64,000 nucleotides of DNA, from NCBI GenBank assembly GCA_963764105.1, contig CAVXRP010000011.1, positions 70,851 to 134,850 of the forward strand, written 5' to 3'. The position numbers and the translations under genes are program-made. Source of the DNA: Bryobacterales bacterium (GTDB lineage: Bacteria > Acidobacteriota > Terriglobia > Bryobacterales > Bryobacteraceae). The notes beneath the pieces are model-generated. The model was not told the origin of the DNA. It saw only the letters and a program-made list of their open reading frames with translations, and ran no database searches. This document shows, in pieces, positions 26,830 through 36,591 of the stretch; position 1 is the stretch's first letter; each line of letters begins with the position of its first letter.

Positions 26830-28280
26830 ATGCTGACTGACATGATTCATTTGATTACCGGCACGGCCGATCTGATTGCCGCCTTTTTGTTCCTCTACGG
26901 CCTGAAGCGCATGTCCTCACCGGTGTCCGCACCGTCGGGCATTCGCGTTGCCGGCTTGGGAATGCTGCTGGCTATTTTCGCCAACATGCTCGATGTCTTC
27001 ACAGTGGATGCCGCCGCTAAACCTCATCGCACCGTCAACATCGCTCTAGCCGCGACGGCTTTGCTGCTGGGCGCCTCCGTCGCCTGGTTCAAGGGCAGGA
27101 CCGTTGCCATGACAGAGATGCCACAGATGGTGGCCATCTATAACGGTTTGGGCGGCGGCGCCGCCGGGGCGATTGCGGCGGTCGAGTTGTTCGGGAACAA
27201 GACGCACGGCGCAAGCCAACTCGTAGTGACGCTGCTGGGTGGACTGATTGGCGGCGTTTCGTTATCGGGTTCAGTCATTGCCTGGGCGAAGCTCGACGAG
27301 ATTCTGAAGAAGCCACTGCGCTTTCCCGGTCAGCGGTTCCTGAACGCGATCGTTTTTCTCGCCGCGCTTACCGTGGCCGGATACATTGTCTTCACCGCCC
27401 TCTACGGCGGCGCCACACTTTTGCCCATCAGCTCTATTCTGTGGATATTTTTCGGCCTTACCCTGCTGTCTGGCATTGTAACGACACTGCCGATTGGCGG
27501 TGCTGATATGCCTGTGGTGATCTCGATTTATAACGCCGCCACAGGTTTGGCGGTAGGTTTCGACGGCTATGTCCTCGGAGACCCGGCGTTGATGATCGCG
27601 GGCATGGTCGTGGGCGCCGCCGGAACACTGCTTACCGTCCTTATGGCTAAGGCTATGAATCGATCGGTGAGTAACGTGCTGTTTTCGAACTTCGGAGAAG
27701 TCAGCAAAAAGAAGCAGGGCAAGATCGTCGGCAGCGAGAAACCGGTAGAAGCCAGCGATGCCGGGATCTTTATGCGCTACGCGGCGAGTGTCATCTTGAT
27801 GCGGGATACGGCCTCGCCGTAGCTCAGGGGCAGGAGAAACTTTACGACTTTGTGAAGCTATTGCAGGCGGCGGGCGTGAAAGTGAGATTCGCCATTCACC
27901 CCGTGGCGGGACGCATGCCGGGACAGATGGACGTACTGCTCGCGGAAGCCGGCGTTCCGTACGATCTCATTTTCCAGTTAGATGCCATCAACGACGACTT
28001 CGCGACCACGGACGTGGCGCTCGTGATTGGCGCCAACGACGTGGTGAATCCGGCAGCGCGCGCGGACAAGTCATCGCCCATCTTTGGCATGCCCATTCTG
28101 AACGCCGATAAGGCAAAGAAGGTTTATGTCGTGAAGCGCGGCCAGGGTGAAGGTTACTCCGGTATTGAAAACCAGCTTTTCTACGACGAGAACTGCTCCA
28201 TGGTTTACGGCGATGCGCAGGCCGTGCTGGTGCAGATGATTGAAGCAGTGAGAGGGCTCGGCTCGGCCGTAGCCGCTTAG
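26830..28280 (+). pseudogene. pntB: NAD(P) transhydrogenase subunit beta (PntB), split by a frameshift (or sequencing indel)
   Basis: The TM half (26830-27822) ends ..AASVILMRDTASP*. The NADP(H) domain (27852-28280) contains IHPVAGRMPGQMDVLLAEAGVPYD. Restoring one C at about 27803 (ATGCGGG to ATGCCGGG) gives the expected ..VILMPGYGLAVAQGQEKLYDFVKLL... Confidence 0.85.
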
Positions 28281-28308
28281 AGTTTACAACCATAAAGAGG
28301 AGCTATCA

Positions 28309-29679
28309 ATGGCAAATAAAACGATGATGAGAGCGGAAGTTGTGGAAGCGTTCGGCAAGCCTCTGGTGGCTCGCGAATGGGACATGCCGAGCGCGGGCAG
28401 CGGCCAGATTGTGGTCAAGACAGAGGCGTGCGGCGTCTGTCACACAGATTTGCACGCCGCCAGCGGCGACTGGCCGCTCAAGCCAACCTTACCCTTCATT
28501 CCCGGGCATGAAGCGATCGGGATTGTGAGCGCCGTAGGTAAAGGCGTGACGCTAATCAAGGAGGGTGACCGGGTGGGTGTGCCGTGGCTCTATTCGGCGT
28601 GCGGCCATTGTGAGTACTGTCTGAGCGGATGGGAGACGGTTTGCCCGGACGCGCAGTATGGCGGCTATACCAAGAACGGCGGTTTTGCCGAATATATTCT
28701 AGCCGACCCTCAGTATGTGGCTCACATCCCTAAAGGCTTGGCCGCTACTCAGGCCGCGCCACTGATTTGCGCGGGCATTACGACTTACAAAGGGATCAAG
28801 CAGACAGAGGCCAGACCGGGTGAGTGGATTGCCATCTCCGGCTGCGGTGGACTGGGACACCTTGCCATTCAATATGCCCGAGCCATGGGTCTCCATGTGT
28901 GCGCTGTCGATATTGACGAAGAGAAACTCGCGCTTGCCAAATCGCTCGGCGCCGATCTGACATTCAATGCCAGGCACGGCGATCCGGCGGCTGCGTTGAA
29001 AAAGGAGACAGGAGGCGGAGCGCAGGGAGTGCTGATTACCGCCCCGTCACTCGTTGCCTTTAAACAAGGTGTTGGAATGACGCGTAAGCGCGGCACTTGC
29101 GTTCTGGTCGGCCTGCCTCCGGGCGACTTTCCGGTACCGCTGTTCGATGTGGTCGCAAACTGCATCACCATTCGCGGCTCTTTTGTCGGAACGCGCGAGG
29201 ACATGGCAGAGGCGCTCGCCTTCGCCGTCGAAGGCAAGGTCAAGGCAGACGTAGAACTTCAGCCGCTCTCCGCCATCAACGACATCTTCAAGCGCCTCGA
29301 ACATGGCGATGTAGCCGCTCGCGTGGTGATCGACTACGTCGGGAAACGAGTGGCCGAAACGAAAGTCAACGACAAGAAGTTTATGCAAATTAATCGAATG
29401 TGCCTCACCGTGGCAGGCCTGGGTTTGCTAACGGCCGGCTCATCCTGCGCACAGAATTCCGCCTGGGAAGGGGAGACAGGCGTCTTTATTACCCCGATGG
29501 CCTACACGGCAGCGTCCACTGCGAATGGCTTCGGGCTTCCCATTGTCGGCTATCACTACCTAAATGGCGGCAACGTGCTCGGCGACTTCCACGAGGTATC
29601 CATTACCGACGGCGCATTCGGGCGCTTCGAGTTTGGTTACACACGAGCTCTCACACGGAGGGAAGTATTGCATCGCTAA
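28309..29679 (+). CDS. Zn-dependent alcohol dehydrogenase (AdhP-like); ORF reads through into the next gene
   Basis: GVCHTDLH, GHEAIGIV, CGHCEYC and GCGGLGH. ADH homology ends at ..ARVVIDY (about 29337), but no stop codon follows, so the ORF fuses in frame to the signal peptide of the downstream gene. Confidence 0.8.
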   Translation: MANKTMMRAEVVEAFGKPLVAREWDMPSAGSGQIVVKTEACGVCHTDLHAASGDWPLKPTLPFIPGHEAIGIVSAVGKGVTLIKEGDRVGVPWLYSACGHCEYCLSGWETVCPDAQYGGYTKNGGFAEYILADPQYVAHIPKGLAATQAAPLICAGITTYKGIKQTEARPGEWIAISGCGGLGHLAIQYARAMGLHVCAVDIDEEKLALAKSLGADLTFNARHGDPAAALKKETGGGAQGVLITAPSLVAFKQGVGMTRKRGTCVLVGLPPGDFPVPLFDVVANCITIRGSFVGTREDMAEALAFAVEGKVKADVELQPLSAINDIFKRLEHGDVAARVVIDYVGKRVAETKVNDKKFMQINRMCLTVAGLGLLTAGSSCAQNSAWEGETGVFITPMAYTAASTANGFGLPIVGYHYLNGGNVLGDFHEVSITDGAFGRFEFGYTRALTRREVLHR

Positions 29680-30248
29680 GTCCCTTCTGGCACAACGGCT
29701 TCAATATATTTCACTCCAAGTTTAATCTCTTGCCGGAGAACGCCGGCAAGAAAGCCTGGGTGCCAGCTCTATCAATTGGTTTCATCGTTCGCAGCCAAGT
29801 CCACGACGTGGGCGCGGCCATTCTCGACAAAAGCGTGACAAACGGCGACGTCTACTTGGTGGCTACCAAGACCATCACCCAGACAAAGCAGGTACCCATC
29901 ATTCTGAGCGGCGGTATCCGAGGGACAAACGCCGAGCTATGGGGCATGGGAGGCAACACCCCGAATTTTGGGGAGCGCGCCTTTGGCGCCGTCGGTTTTG
30001 TGTTCAAAGGGCCGGCGCATACCTCCTTTATTCTCGCTTCCGAGTTTTCCCAGCAACCCCGCCATCCCGATCAGTTGCCGAAGGCAGTCATACCTACGAC
30101 GATCACGTATGCGGTGAGGTTTGTGCCTGCGGCGGAGCATAGAATTAACCTCGATTTCGGAGTGGCGCAAATCGCCGGCGAGATCGCGCCCGGCGTGAAC
30201 CTGCAGGCTCGCGCGCAAGTGGCGGCTCAAGTATCGTATGGCTTCTAA
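29383..30248 (+). pseudogene. putative outer-membrane beta-barrel protein, frameshifted
   Basis: Signal peptide MQINRMCLTVAGLGLLTAGSSCAQ. The first ~95 aa are in the ADH frame and the remainder in the frame of ORF 29400..30248 (switch near 29660). The protein ends ..QVSYGF, a typical OMP terminal aromatic. Confidence 0.5.
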
Positions 30249-30315
30249 CGCAGCCTGAGAGGCGCCATGTCCGCTCTAGGTTGACAGTCAATCTACATGG
30301 TGTCTCATGGTAGCA

Positions 30316-30687
30316 ATGCCGGAAAAGAAAACCGATCTCATCCGGGGGACCCCTTGATCTCCTTATCCTGAAACAGCCGCTCAAGGCCCAATTCACGGCT
30401 AAGGAACCGCTCAAAACATTCTGCTCGCCTCCAACGAAATTCCGCAGGTGCATCAGGGCTCCCTTTATCCCGCGCTCCAACGGCTCGAGCGCAAGGGCCT
30501 GTTAAAATCGGAGTGGCGGGAATCCGGCAACGGTCCGATGGCGAGGCTGTACTCGCTGACCGCCGCCGGCCGCAAGCAGTTCCAGGAGGAGCGCGCTCTC
30601 TGGCAGCGTTACGGGGGCGCGATAGCACTTGTTCTGGACCCTTTGGGGGTGCTGAGTGAGGCGCATCAGGGCAGCCGTTTTACGTGA
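30316..30687 (+). pseudogene. PadR-family transcriptional regulator with multiple lesions
   Basis: MPEKKTDLIRGT / LDLLILK / AAQGPIHG* / GTAQNILLASNEIPQVHQGSLYPALQRLERKGLL.. are spread over frames. There are two frame switches plus a TAA where the conserved HGY Tyr codon is expected. Confidence 0.65.
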
Positions 30688-31759
30688 GATAGGGCAACCG
30701 TTGCGGATCGAAGAATGCGAGTTGGACGGTCCCGGTCCGGGCGAGGTTTTGGTGCGCATTCGAGCGGCCAGTTTATGCCACTCCGACCTAAGCGCGATAG
30801 ACGGCAGCCGCCCGCGCGTGATGCCCATGGTTCTTGGGCACGAAGCGGCGGGCGAAGTGGTCCAGCCGGGCGACGGAGTCAATGATCTTACCGCCGGAGA
30901 TAAGGTGGTATGCATTTTTGTGCCGAATTGCGGGCACTGCGCTCGCTGCCACGAAGGCCGGCCGGCTTTATGTGAGCCAGGCGCCCAAGCCAATCTGGCG
31001 GGAACGCTCTTAGGCGGCGGCAGGCGCTTGCGATTGGCCGGTGCGCCAGTGAATCATCATCTGGGCGTTTCCGGCTTCGCGGAGTGCGCCGTGGTTTCGC
31101 GTACATCGCTGGTGAAAGTGAGTGCGGATATCAGCTCTGAAACGGCGGCGCTGTTTGGCTGCGCAATTATAACCGGAGTGGGCGCTGTCTTGAACACGGC
31201 GAATGTGCCGGTGGGGAGTACAGTGGCCATCGTGGGCGCGGGCGGCGTTGGATTGAGCTGCGTGTTAGGCGCGTTGTTGGCTGGCGCGAAAAGAATTATT
31301 GTGGTGGATCTGAACAAGAAGAAGTTAGCCTTCGCGCAAGAGCTGGGCGCGACCGATGTGTTCGACGCCGCGGCGGAAAGCGTGGTAGCGGCTATCAAAG
31401 AGGCAACCGGCGGCGGGGTTGATTTTGCCTTTGAAACTGCCGGCGCCGCGCCCGCTTTGGCGCTCGCTTATCAGATTACCCGGCGCGGTGGCACAACCGT
31501 AACGGCCGGCTTACCGAATCCGAATCATCAATTTTCCATTCCGCAGATTTCGCTCACTGCTGAGGAGCGAACGCTGAAAGGCTCGTACATGGGATCGTGC
31601 GTCCCGCAGCGCGACATTCCGAATTACATCGAAATGTTTCAACGCGGACGTTTGCCGGTGGAACGCCTAGTGACTCACCGGATCAAGCTTGAGGAGATCA
31701 ACGAGGGCTTTGATTTGCTGGCGAGCGGCGATGCGGGGCGGATCTTGATGGCTATCTGA
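30656..31759 (+). CDS. Zn-dependent alcohol dehydrogenase (class III-like)
   Basis: ASLCHSDL, GHEAAGEVV, CGHCARCHEG, and Rossmann VAIVGAGGVGL. Confidence 0.85.
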   Translation: MRRIRAAVLREIGQPLRIEECELDGPGPGEVLVRIRAASLCHSDLSAIDGSRPRVMPMVLGHEAAGEVVQPGDGVNDLTAGDKVVCIFVPNCGHCARCHEGRPALCEPGAQANLAGTLLGGGRRLRLAGAPVNHHLGVSGFAECAVVSRTSLVKVSADISSETAALFGCAIITGVGAVLNTANVPVGSTVAIVGAGGVGLSCVLGALLAGAKRIIVVDLNKKKLAFAQELGATDVFDAAAESVVAAIKEATGGGVDFAFETAGAAPALALAYQITRRGGTTVTAGLPNPNHQFSIPQISLTAEERTLKGSYMGSCVPQRDIPNYIEMFQRGRLPVERLVTHRIKLEEINEGFDLLASGDAGRILMAI

Positions 31760-31774
31760 GCCGCCCGCATTTCT

Positions 31775-32248
31775 CTACCAACCCAAATCGCGTTCCATTT
31801 GCAGATCGTGCGCCACGTGCCTGACAAAATTCATGGCGGCGTCAATGTGCCGGTAGGCAAGATCGCGCCAGCCGATCGCGCTGGGGTCGTCTTCTTCACG
31901 GCCAATGTCGGCGCGGGCACGCTGCAGCAATTCCATGGCTTTGCGGAAACGGCCGCGGCGGTCGAGACTGGTATCGATGGGCGGATGATCGTTCAGATCT
32001 TTGTGATCGAAGCGGGCGGCCACATCCATTTCGTGAATGGCGCGATCGATTTCTACGTCGGCTTGGTGAATTCGGCGCATCACATCCGGATCGTCATGAA
32101 CGCGCATCAGCCATTGAGCCGTGCGCAGATCGCTGCGGGCGTGCAGGTAGGCTGGATGACGGCCAGGCGTATCGGCGCGCAGTAGCGACGGCGAAGAAAC
32201 AGCCGCGGCGAGAAAGACTACAGAGAACAGCTTGTGAGCAGTAAGCAT
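31775..32248 (-). CDS. hypothetical secreted protein
   Basis: 157 aa with a signal peptide (FSVVFLAAAVSSPSLLRA). No family recognised. Confidence 0.55.
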   Translation of the reverse strand: MLTAHKLFSVVFLAAAVSSPSLLRADTPGRHPAYLHARSDLRTAQWLMRVHDDPDVMRRIHQADVEIDRAIHEMDVAARFDHKDLNDHPPIDTSLDRRGRFRKAMELLQRARADIGREEDDPSAIGWRDLAYRHIDAAMNFVRHVAHDLQMERDLGW

Positions 32249-32376
32249 GGTTTTACCCTTTCAGCCCACAAGACGAACCTGTCAAACATACGGATTACCA
32301 GCTACCCCATTCTCAACGGATTTTAATTGCTTTCGTTGAGAAGCGGCGCCAGACTCCGGCTCATACAGGGCACCTG

Positions 32377-32796
32377 TCAGCCGAGCGCGACCACTAGTTC
32401 AAAACCACGCTTGGATAGTTGGGGAGCATGGGCGGCGATGTCATCCATAAATTCCCGAGCATTCTGCGGCGCGATCAGCAAACTGCCTGCGCCGTAATCG
32501 ATCTCGATTCGATCCAGAGACAGAGCCAAGGCGCTGCGGCTGTCGTTGGATGGTCGAACGGCCGTGATCTTGGGGTAAGGAATGACACGTGTCGTCAGAC
32601 CAGAGCGGATGATCAACGCATCGGGTTTAGTTTCATACGACTGCGGATAGGAGATGCCAAAGACTAAGGCCGCCGCGAAAACCGACGCCAGCGACATCCA
32701 CGGTAGGTTTAGCGTGATGGCGATAAACGCCGGCGCCGCGATACCAACCAGCATGGAAACACCGATGAACCAATCCACCTTGGCCTTGTAGCGCAT
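32377..32796 (-). CDS. membrane protein with bacterial PH-like domain
   Basis: Two N-terminal TM helices followed by a ~80-aa domain resembling YdbS/YdbT-type bPH domains. Weak call. Confidence 0.5.
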   Translation of the reverse strand: MRYKAKVDWFIGVSMLVGIAAPAFIAITLNLPWMSLASVFAAALVFGISYPQSYETKPDALIIRSGLTTRVIPYPKITAVRPSNDSRSALALSLDRIEIDYGAGSLLIAPQNAREFMDDIAAHAPQLSKRGFELVVALG

Positions 32797-32802
32797 TCTT
32801 CC

Positions 32803-33993
32803 TTAATGTACCGCTTCAAAAAGACCCGCCACACCCTGCCCGCCGCCCACGCTCATAGTGACCACGCCATAGCGCGAACCGGGCCGGCGAGCCATTTCGT
32901 TCGCCAGCGTGCCGGTGAGGCGCGATCCTGTCATGCCGAAGGGATGCCCCATGGAGATCGCGCCGCCGTTCACATTCAACTTGTCCATGGAGATGGCCAG
33001 TTGATCGCGGCAGTAAACCACCTGCACCGCGAAGGCTTCATTGAGCTCCCACAAATCAATATCGTCAATCGACAGCCCATAGCGCCTTAGTAACTTCGGC
33101 ACCGCAAACAAAGGGCCGAGACCCATTTCTTCCGGTTCACAGCCGGCGACTAGGAAAGCGCGAAAAATCAGATTGTATGGAATGCCCAACTCATCCGCCC
33201 GCTCGCGCGACATTAGTAAAGTGGCGGAAGCACCATCGGCAAACTGCGAAGAGTTGCCGGCCGTAACGGTCCCCTTGCCACTGGTCTGATCAAACACGGG
33301 CTTCAGCGAAAGCAGAGTTTCCAGGGTGGTCTCAGGCCGGTTGCATTCGTCGCGATCGCAGCATGTCTCCGCCGTGCCGACGCTGATGCCGGTATTCCTA
33401 TCGATCAACGCCATGGTGACGTAAATGGGGGCGATTTCGCGCTCAAAAAAGCCCTCGTCCTGCGCGCGTGCCGTCCGCTTCTGGCTGATCCATGCGTATT
33501 CATCTTGCGATCCGCGGCTGATGCGGTAGCGTTGCGCCAGGATCTCGGCGGTGGCACCCATCTCCATGTAAATTCCTGGAACGTTGCGCACTAATTGAGG
33601 ATGCGGGTCTACATCGCGGGGTGTGAGGCTGAAACTTTCAACACCGCCACCGATGGCGGCGTCCGCGCCTTCGTTAACAATCAAATGCGCGGCCATGGCG
33701 ATAGCATCCAGGCCAGAAGAGCAAAAGCGATTCACCGTCACGCCGGGAACGGAAACCGGCAATTGTGCGAGCAGCGCTGCCTTGCGTGCGACATTCGCGC
33801 CCTGCGGCCCATGCGGTTGCGCACACCCCAGAATGACGTCTTCTATCTCTTGCGGATCAAGCAGGGGAACTTTGCGCAAGACATCGCGCAGGCAATGCGC
33901 GGCCAAATCCTCTGGCCGGGTCATATTGAAGGAGCCGCGATATGATTTGGCAAGCCCCGTCCGTGAACTAGCAACGACAACAGCTTCACGCAT
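32803..33993 (-). CDS. acetyl-CoA C-acyltransferase (thiolase)
   Basis: VNRFCSSGLDAI (active-site Cys), NEAFA, GHPFGMTGSR and GGGQGVAGLFE. Confidence 0.92.
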   Translation of the reverse strand: MREAVVVASSRTGLAKSYRGSFNMTRPEDLAAHCLRDVLRKVPLLDPQEIEDVILGCAQPHGPQGANVARKAALLAQLPVSVPGVTVNRFCSSGLDAIAMAAHLIVNEGADAAIGGGVESFSLTPRDVDPHPQLVRNVPGIYMEMGATAEILAQRYRISRGSQDEYAWISQKRTARAQDEGFFEREIAPIYVTMALIDRNTGISVGTAETCCDRDECNRPETTLETLLSLKPVFDQTSGKGTVTAGNSSQFADGASATLLMSRERADELGIPYNLIFRAFLVAGCEPEEMGLGPLFAVPKLLRRYGLSIDDIDLWELNEAFAVQVVYCRDQLAISMDKLNVNGGAISMGHPFGMTGSRLTGTLANEMARRPGSRYGVVTMSVGGGQGVAGLFEAVH

Positions 33994-34052
33994 GGTGAAT
34001 GGAACCGATCCATTAGTGTAGCGTCATTCGATGGGTTGGGCTGCGAGGAGAT

Positions 34053-36173
34053 TTGATGGCTGAACTTGTGCGGCTTGCCCAGCGTGGCGGTATCGCGGTG
34101 ATCACGATTGATAATCCGCCGGTGAACGCGCTGAGCCCCGGCGTGCCCGAAGGAATCGACGCGGCGGTGAAACAAGCGCTGGCCGATGGGCAGGTGCGGG
34201 CCATCGTAATCATAGGGGCGGGATCGACGTTTATTGCCGGAGCGGACATTCGCGAATTCGGCAAAATCGTCGCGGGGGAGCGGCCAAAGCTGACGCTGTT
34301 GCCTTACTTGCTGAACATTGAGGATTCGCCCAAACCGGTAGTAATGGCCATCCACGGGCAGGCGTTAGGCGGTGGTTTGGAAGTGGCGATGGCGGGGCAC
34401 TATCGAGTGCTGGCGCCCAAAGCGCAAGTCGGGCAGCCGGAGGTGAAGCTCGGCATCATTCCGGGCGCTGCCGGAACGCAGCGATTGCCCCGGCTGGCGG
34501 GGGTGGTGAAGGCGCTGGAGATGTGTGCGGAAGGCAATTCTATCAGGGCGCACGAAGCCGTTGAATTAGGAATCGCGGACAAGGTGATAGAGGGCGATCT
34601 TCTGGAAGGGGCAGTCGAGTTTGCGCGCCAAGTGGCGGAGAAAGCGGCTCCCAAAACACGCGAACGGAACGAAAAGCTCAAGGGCGTACCGGCCGCGGTC
34701 TTTCAAGCTGCCCGCGAGCAGGCGCGGCAAAAGGCGCGCCGGATGCGTGCTCCGCTGGCTGCGATTGACGCGATAGAAGCAGCCACCAAGCTCGATTTTT
34801 CTGCGGGTTGCGAAGAAGAGGCGCGGCTTTTTAATGACTGCTTGTTCTCAACCGAGGCGCAAGCGATGATCCACGTGTTTTTCGGCGAGCGAGCCGTGGG
34901 CAAGATCCCAGGCCTTCCCAAGGATGTCAAGCCGATGGAAATTCGGCAGGCGGCCGTGATTGGCGCGGGAACCATGGGCGGTGGCATTGCTATGAACTAC
35001 GCCAACGCCGGCATTCCTGTGATTGTCAAAGAGACTGCACAGCAGGCGCTTGATCGCGGCATGAGCACGATTCGCGGCAATTACGCGAAGAGCGTCGCCA
35101 AAGGCAAGCTTTCGCAGGAGGCGATGGAACAGCGCATGGCGCTGATCACTCCACAACTGACCTGCGACGGATTTGGCGAGGCGGACATCATCACGGAAGC
35201 CGTGTTCGAGAGCATAGCAGTGAAGAAGCAGGTCTTCTCGGAGCTGGATAAAATCGCCAAGTCGGATGCGATTCTTGCGACTAATACGTCAACTCTCGAT
35301 ATTGACGAAATCGCCGCCGTGACGAGCCGTCCCGCGATGGTCATCGGTACCCACTTCTTTAGTCCGGCGAATGTGATGAAACTGCTCGAAGTGGTGCGCG
35401 GTAAAGCGAGCAGTCCGGAAGTGATCGCGACCGCGATGGCGTTGGGTAAGAAGCTCGGCAAAGTGGCCGTATTGGCCGGCAATTGTCATGGCTTTATCGG
35501 CAACCGTATGGTTGCGCCTTATTTTCGAGAGGCTTATTTCTTGGTGGAGGAAGGCGCCTCGGTCGAAGCGGTGAATCAGGCGCTTTATGATTTCGGCATG
35601 GCGATGGGGCCGTTAGCGGTGGAGGATTTGGCTGGGTTAGATATAGGATGGGCGATTCGCAAAGAACGCGCGGCGCACGCGAAGCTTGGAGTGCGTGTGC
35701 CGTTAGTGGTCGATAAGCTTTGCGAGCAGGGCCGCTTCGGGCAGAAATCGGGCCGGGGGTGGTCGAAGTACGACGAGAATCGCCAGGCGTCGGCCGATCC
35801 TGAAACAGCGGCGCTGATTGAAAGCGCAGCGCGCGCTGCCGGGATTGAGCGGCGACAGATTTCGAATGAAGAGATTGTCGAGAGGTGCGTTTACGCGCTG
35901 ATCAATGAAGGGGCCCGGGTCTTGGAAGATGGCATTGCGTTGCGCGCGGTTGATATCGATATCACTTATATTTACGGCTATGGTTTCCCGGTTTGGCGCG
36001 GTGGGCCGATGTTTTTTGCGGATACGGTTGGACTTCCGAAGGTGCTGGCGCGGATTGAGGAGTTTAAGGAGAGGCATGGCGCGGAGTTGTGGGAACCAGC
36101 GCCTTTGTTGAAAGAGTTGGTAGCGGAGCGTGGGACATTTACGGGGTTGGATAAGCAGAAGGAACAACGTTAA
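34053..36173 (+). CDS. multifunctional enoyl-CoA hydratase / 3-hydroxyacyl-CoA dehydrogenase (FadB/FadJ-like)
   Basis: N-terminal crotonase fold ([25 protein letters not shown]). Central NAD-binding [12 protein letters not shown]. 706 aa. Divergently paired with the thiolase gene. Confidence 0.92.
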   Translation: MMAELVRLAQRGGIAVITIDNPPVNALSPGVPEGIDAAVKQALADGQVRAIVIIGAGSTFIAGADIREFGKIVAGERPKLTLLPYLLNIEDSPKPVVMAIHGQALGGGLEVAMAGHYRVLAPKAQVGQPEVKLGIIPGAAGTQRLPRLAGVVKALEMCAEGNSIRAHEAVELGIADKVIEGDLLEGAVEFARQVAEKAAPKTRERNEKLKGVPAAVFQAAREQARQKARRMRAPLAAIDAIEAATKLDFSAGCEEEARLFNDCLFSTEAQAMIHVFFGERAVGKIPGLPKDVKPMEIRQAAVIGAGTMGGGIAMNYANAGIPVIVKETAQQALDRGMSTIRGNYAKSVAKGKLSQEAMEQRMALITPQLTCDGFGEADIITEAVFESIAVKKQVFSELDKIAKSDAILATNTSTLDIDEIAAVTSRPAMVIGTHFFSPANVMKLLEVVRGKASSPEVIATAMALGKKLGKVAVLAGNCHGFIGNRMVAPYFREAYFLVEEGASVEAVNQALYDFGMAMGPLAVEDLAGLDIGWAIRKERAAHAKLGVRVPLVVDKLCEQGRFGQKSGRGWSKYDENRQASADPETAALIESAARAAGIERRQISNEEIVERCVYALINEGARVLEDGIALRAVDIDITYIYGYGFPVWRGGPMFFADTVGLPKVLARIEEFKERHGAELWEPAPLLKELVAERGTFTGLDKQKEQR

Positions 36174-36176
36174 TAT

Positions 36177-36458
36177 TCATGCCCTGCGCTTTGCCTTCAG
36201 CGCGAAGTTGATGCAGGTTTGCCTTTGCAATACGGCGATAACGCCGAACACATTCGAAGCGGAGGGGTTGCCTTTCGGGCTGAACATCCTCTTTAAGCTT
36301 GGCGACGGGGTTCGGACCGAACGGACGAGCGCCTTACCCGTGGCGACATCACCGGAGAGCATTTGTTCGATAGCTTCTTGTAATAATGCACGTCTGAAGT
36401 CCGGGTCCCTTTGCACCCGCTCGCGCAACGTCTGCCGAAAATCTTTCGTCAATGGCAT
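36177..36458 (-). CDS. HTH DNA-binding protein, HigA-like antitoxin family (appears shortened)
   Basis: MPLTKDFRQTLRERVQRDPDFRRALLQEAIEQMLSGDVATGKALVR and ..LKRMFSPKGNPSASNVFGVIAVLQ resemble the antidote family paired with RelE/HigB toxins. The middle HTH segment looks shorter than expected, and no intact toxin lies upstream. Confidence 0.55.
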   Translation of the reverse strand: MPLTKDFRQTLRERVQRDPDFRRALLQEAIEQMLSGDVATGKALVRSVRTPSPSLKRMFSPKGNPSASNVFGVIAVLQRQTCINFALKAKRRA

Positions 36459-36591
36459 TGCTTTCGTAAATGACTAGCTAACGCCGGAATAGGTCGCTTA
36501 CGCTTCCGGCTCCGCTTCGGATGTACCTTTTGGAGTGTGAAAGTAGCGGTCACCTATACGTCATTGAAGTGTCAACCTCCGGCGCGCCCTC

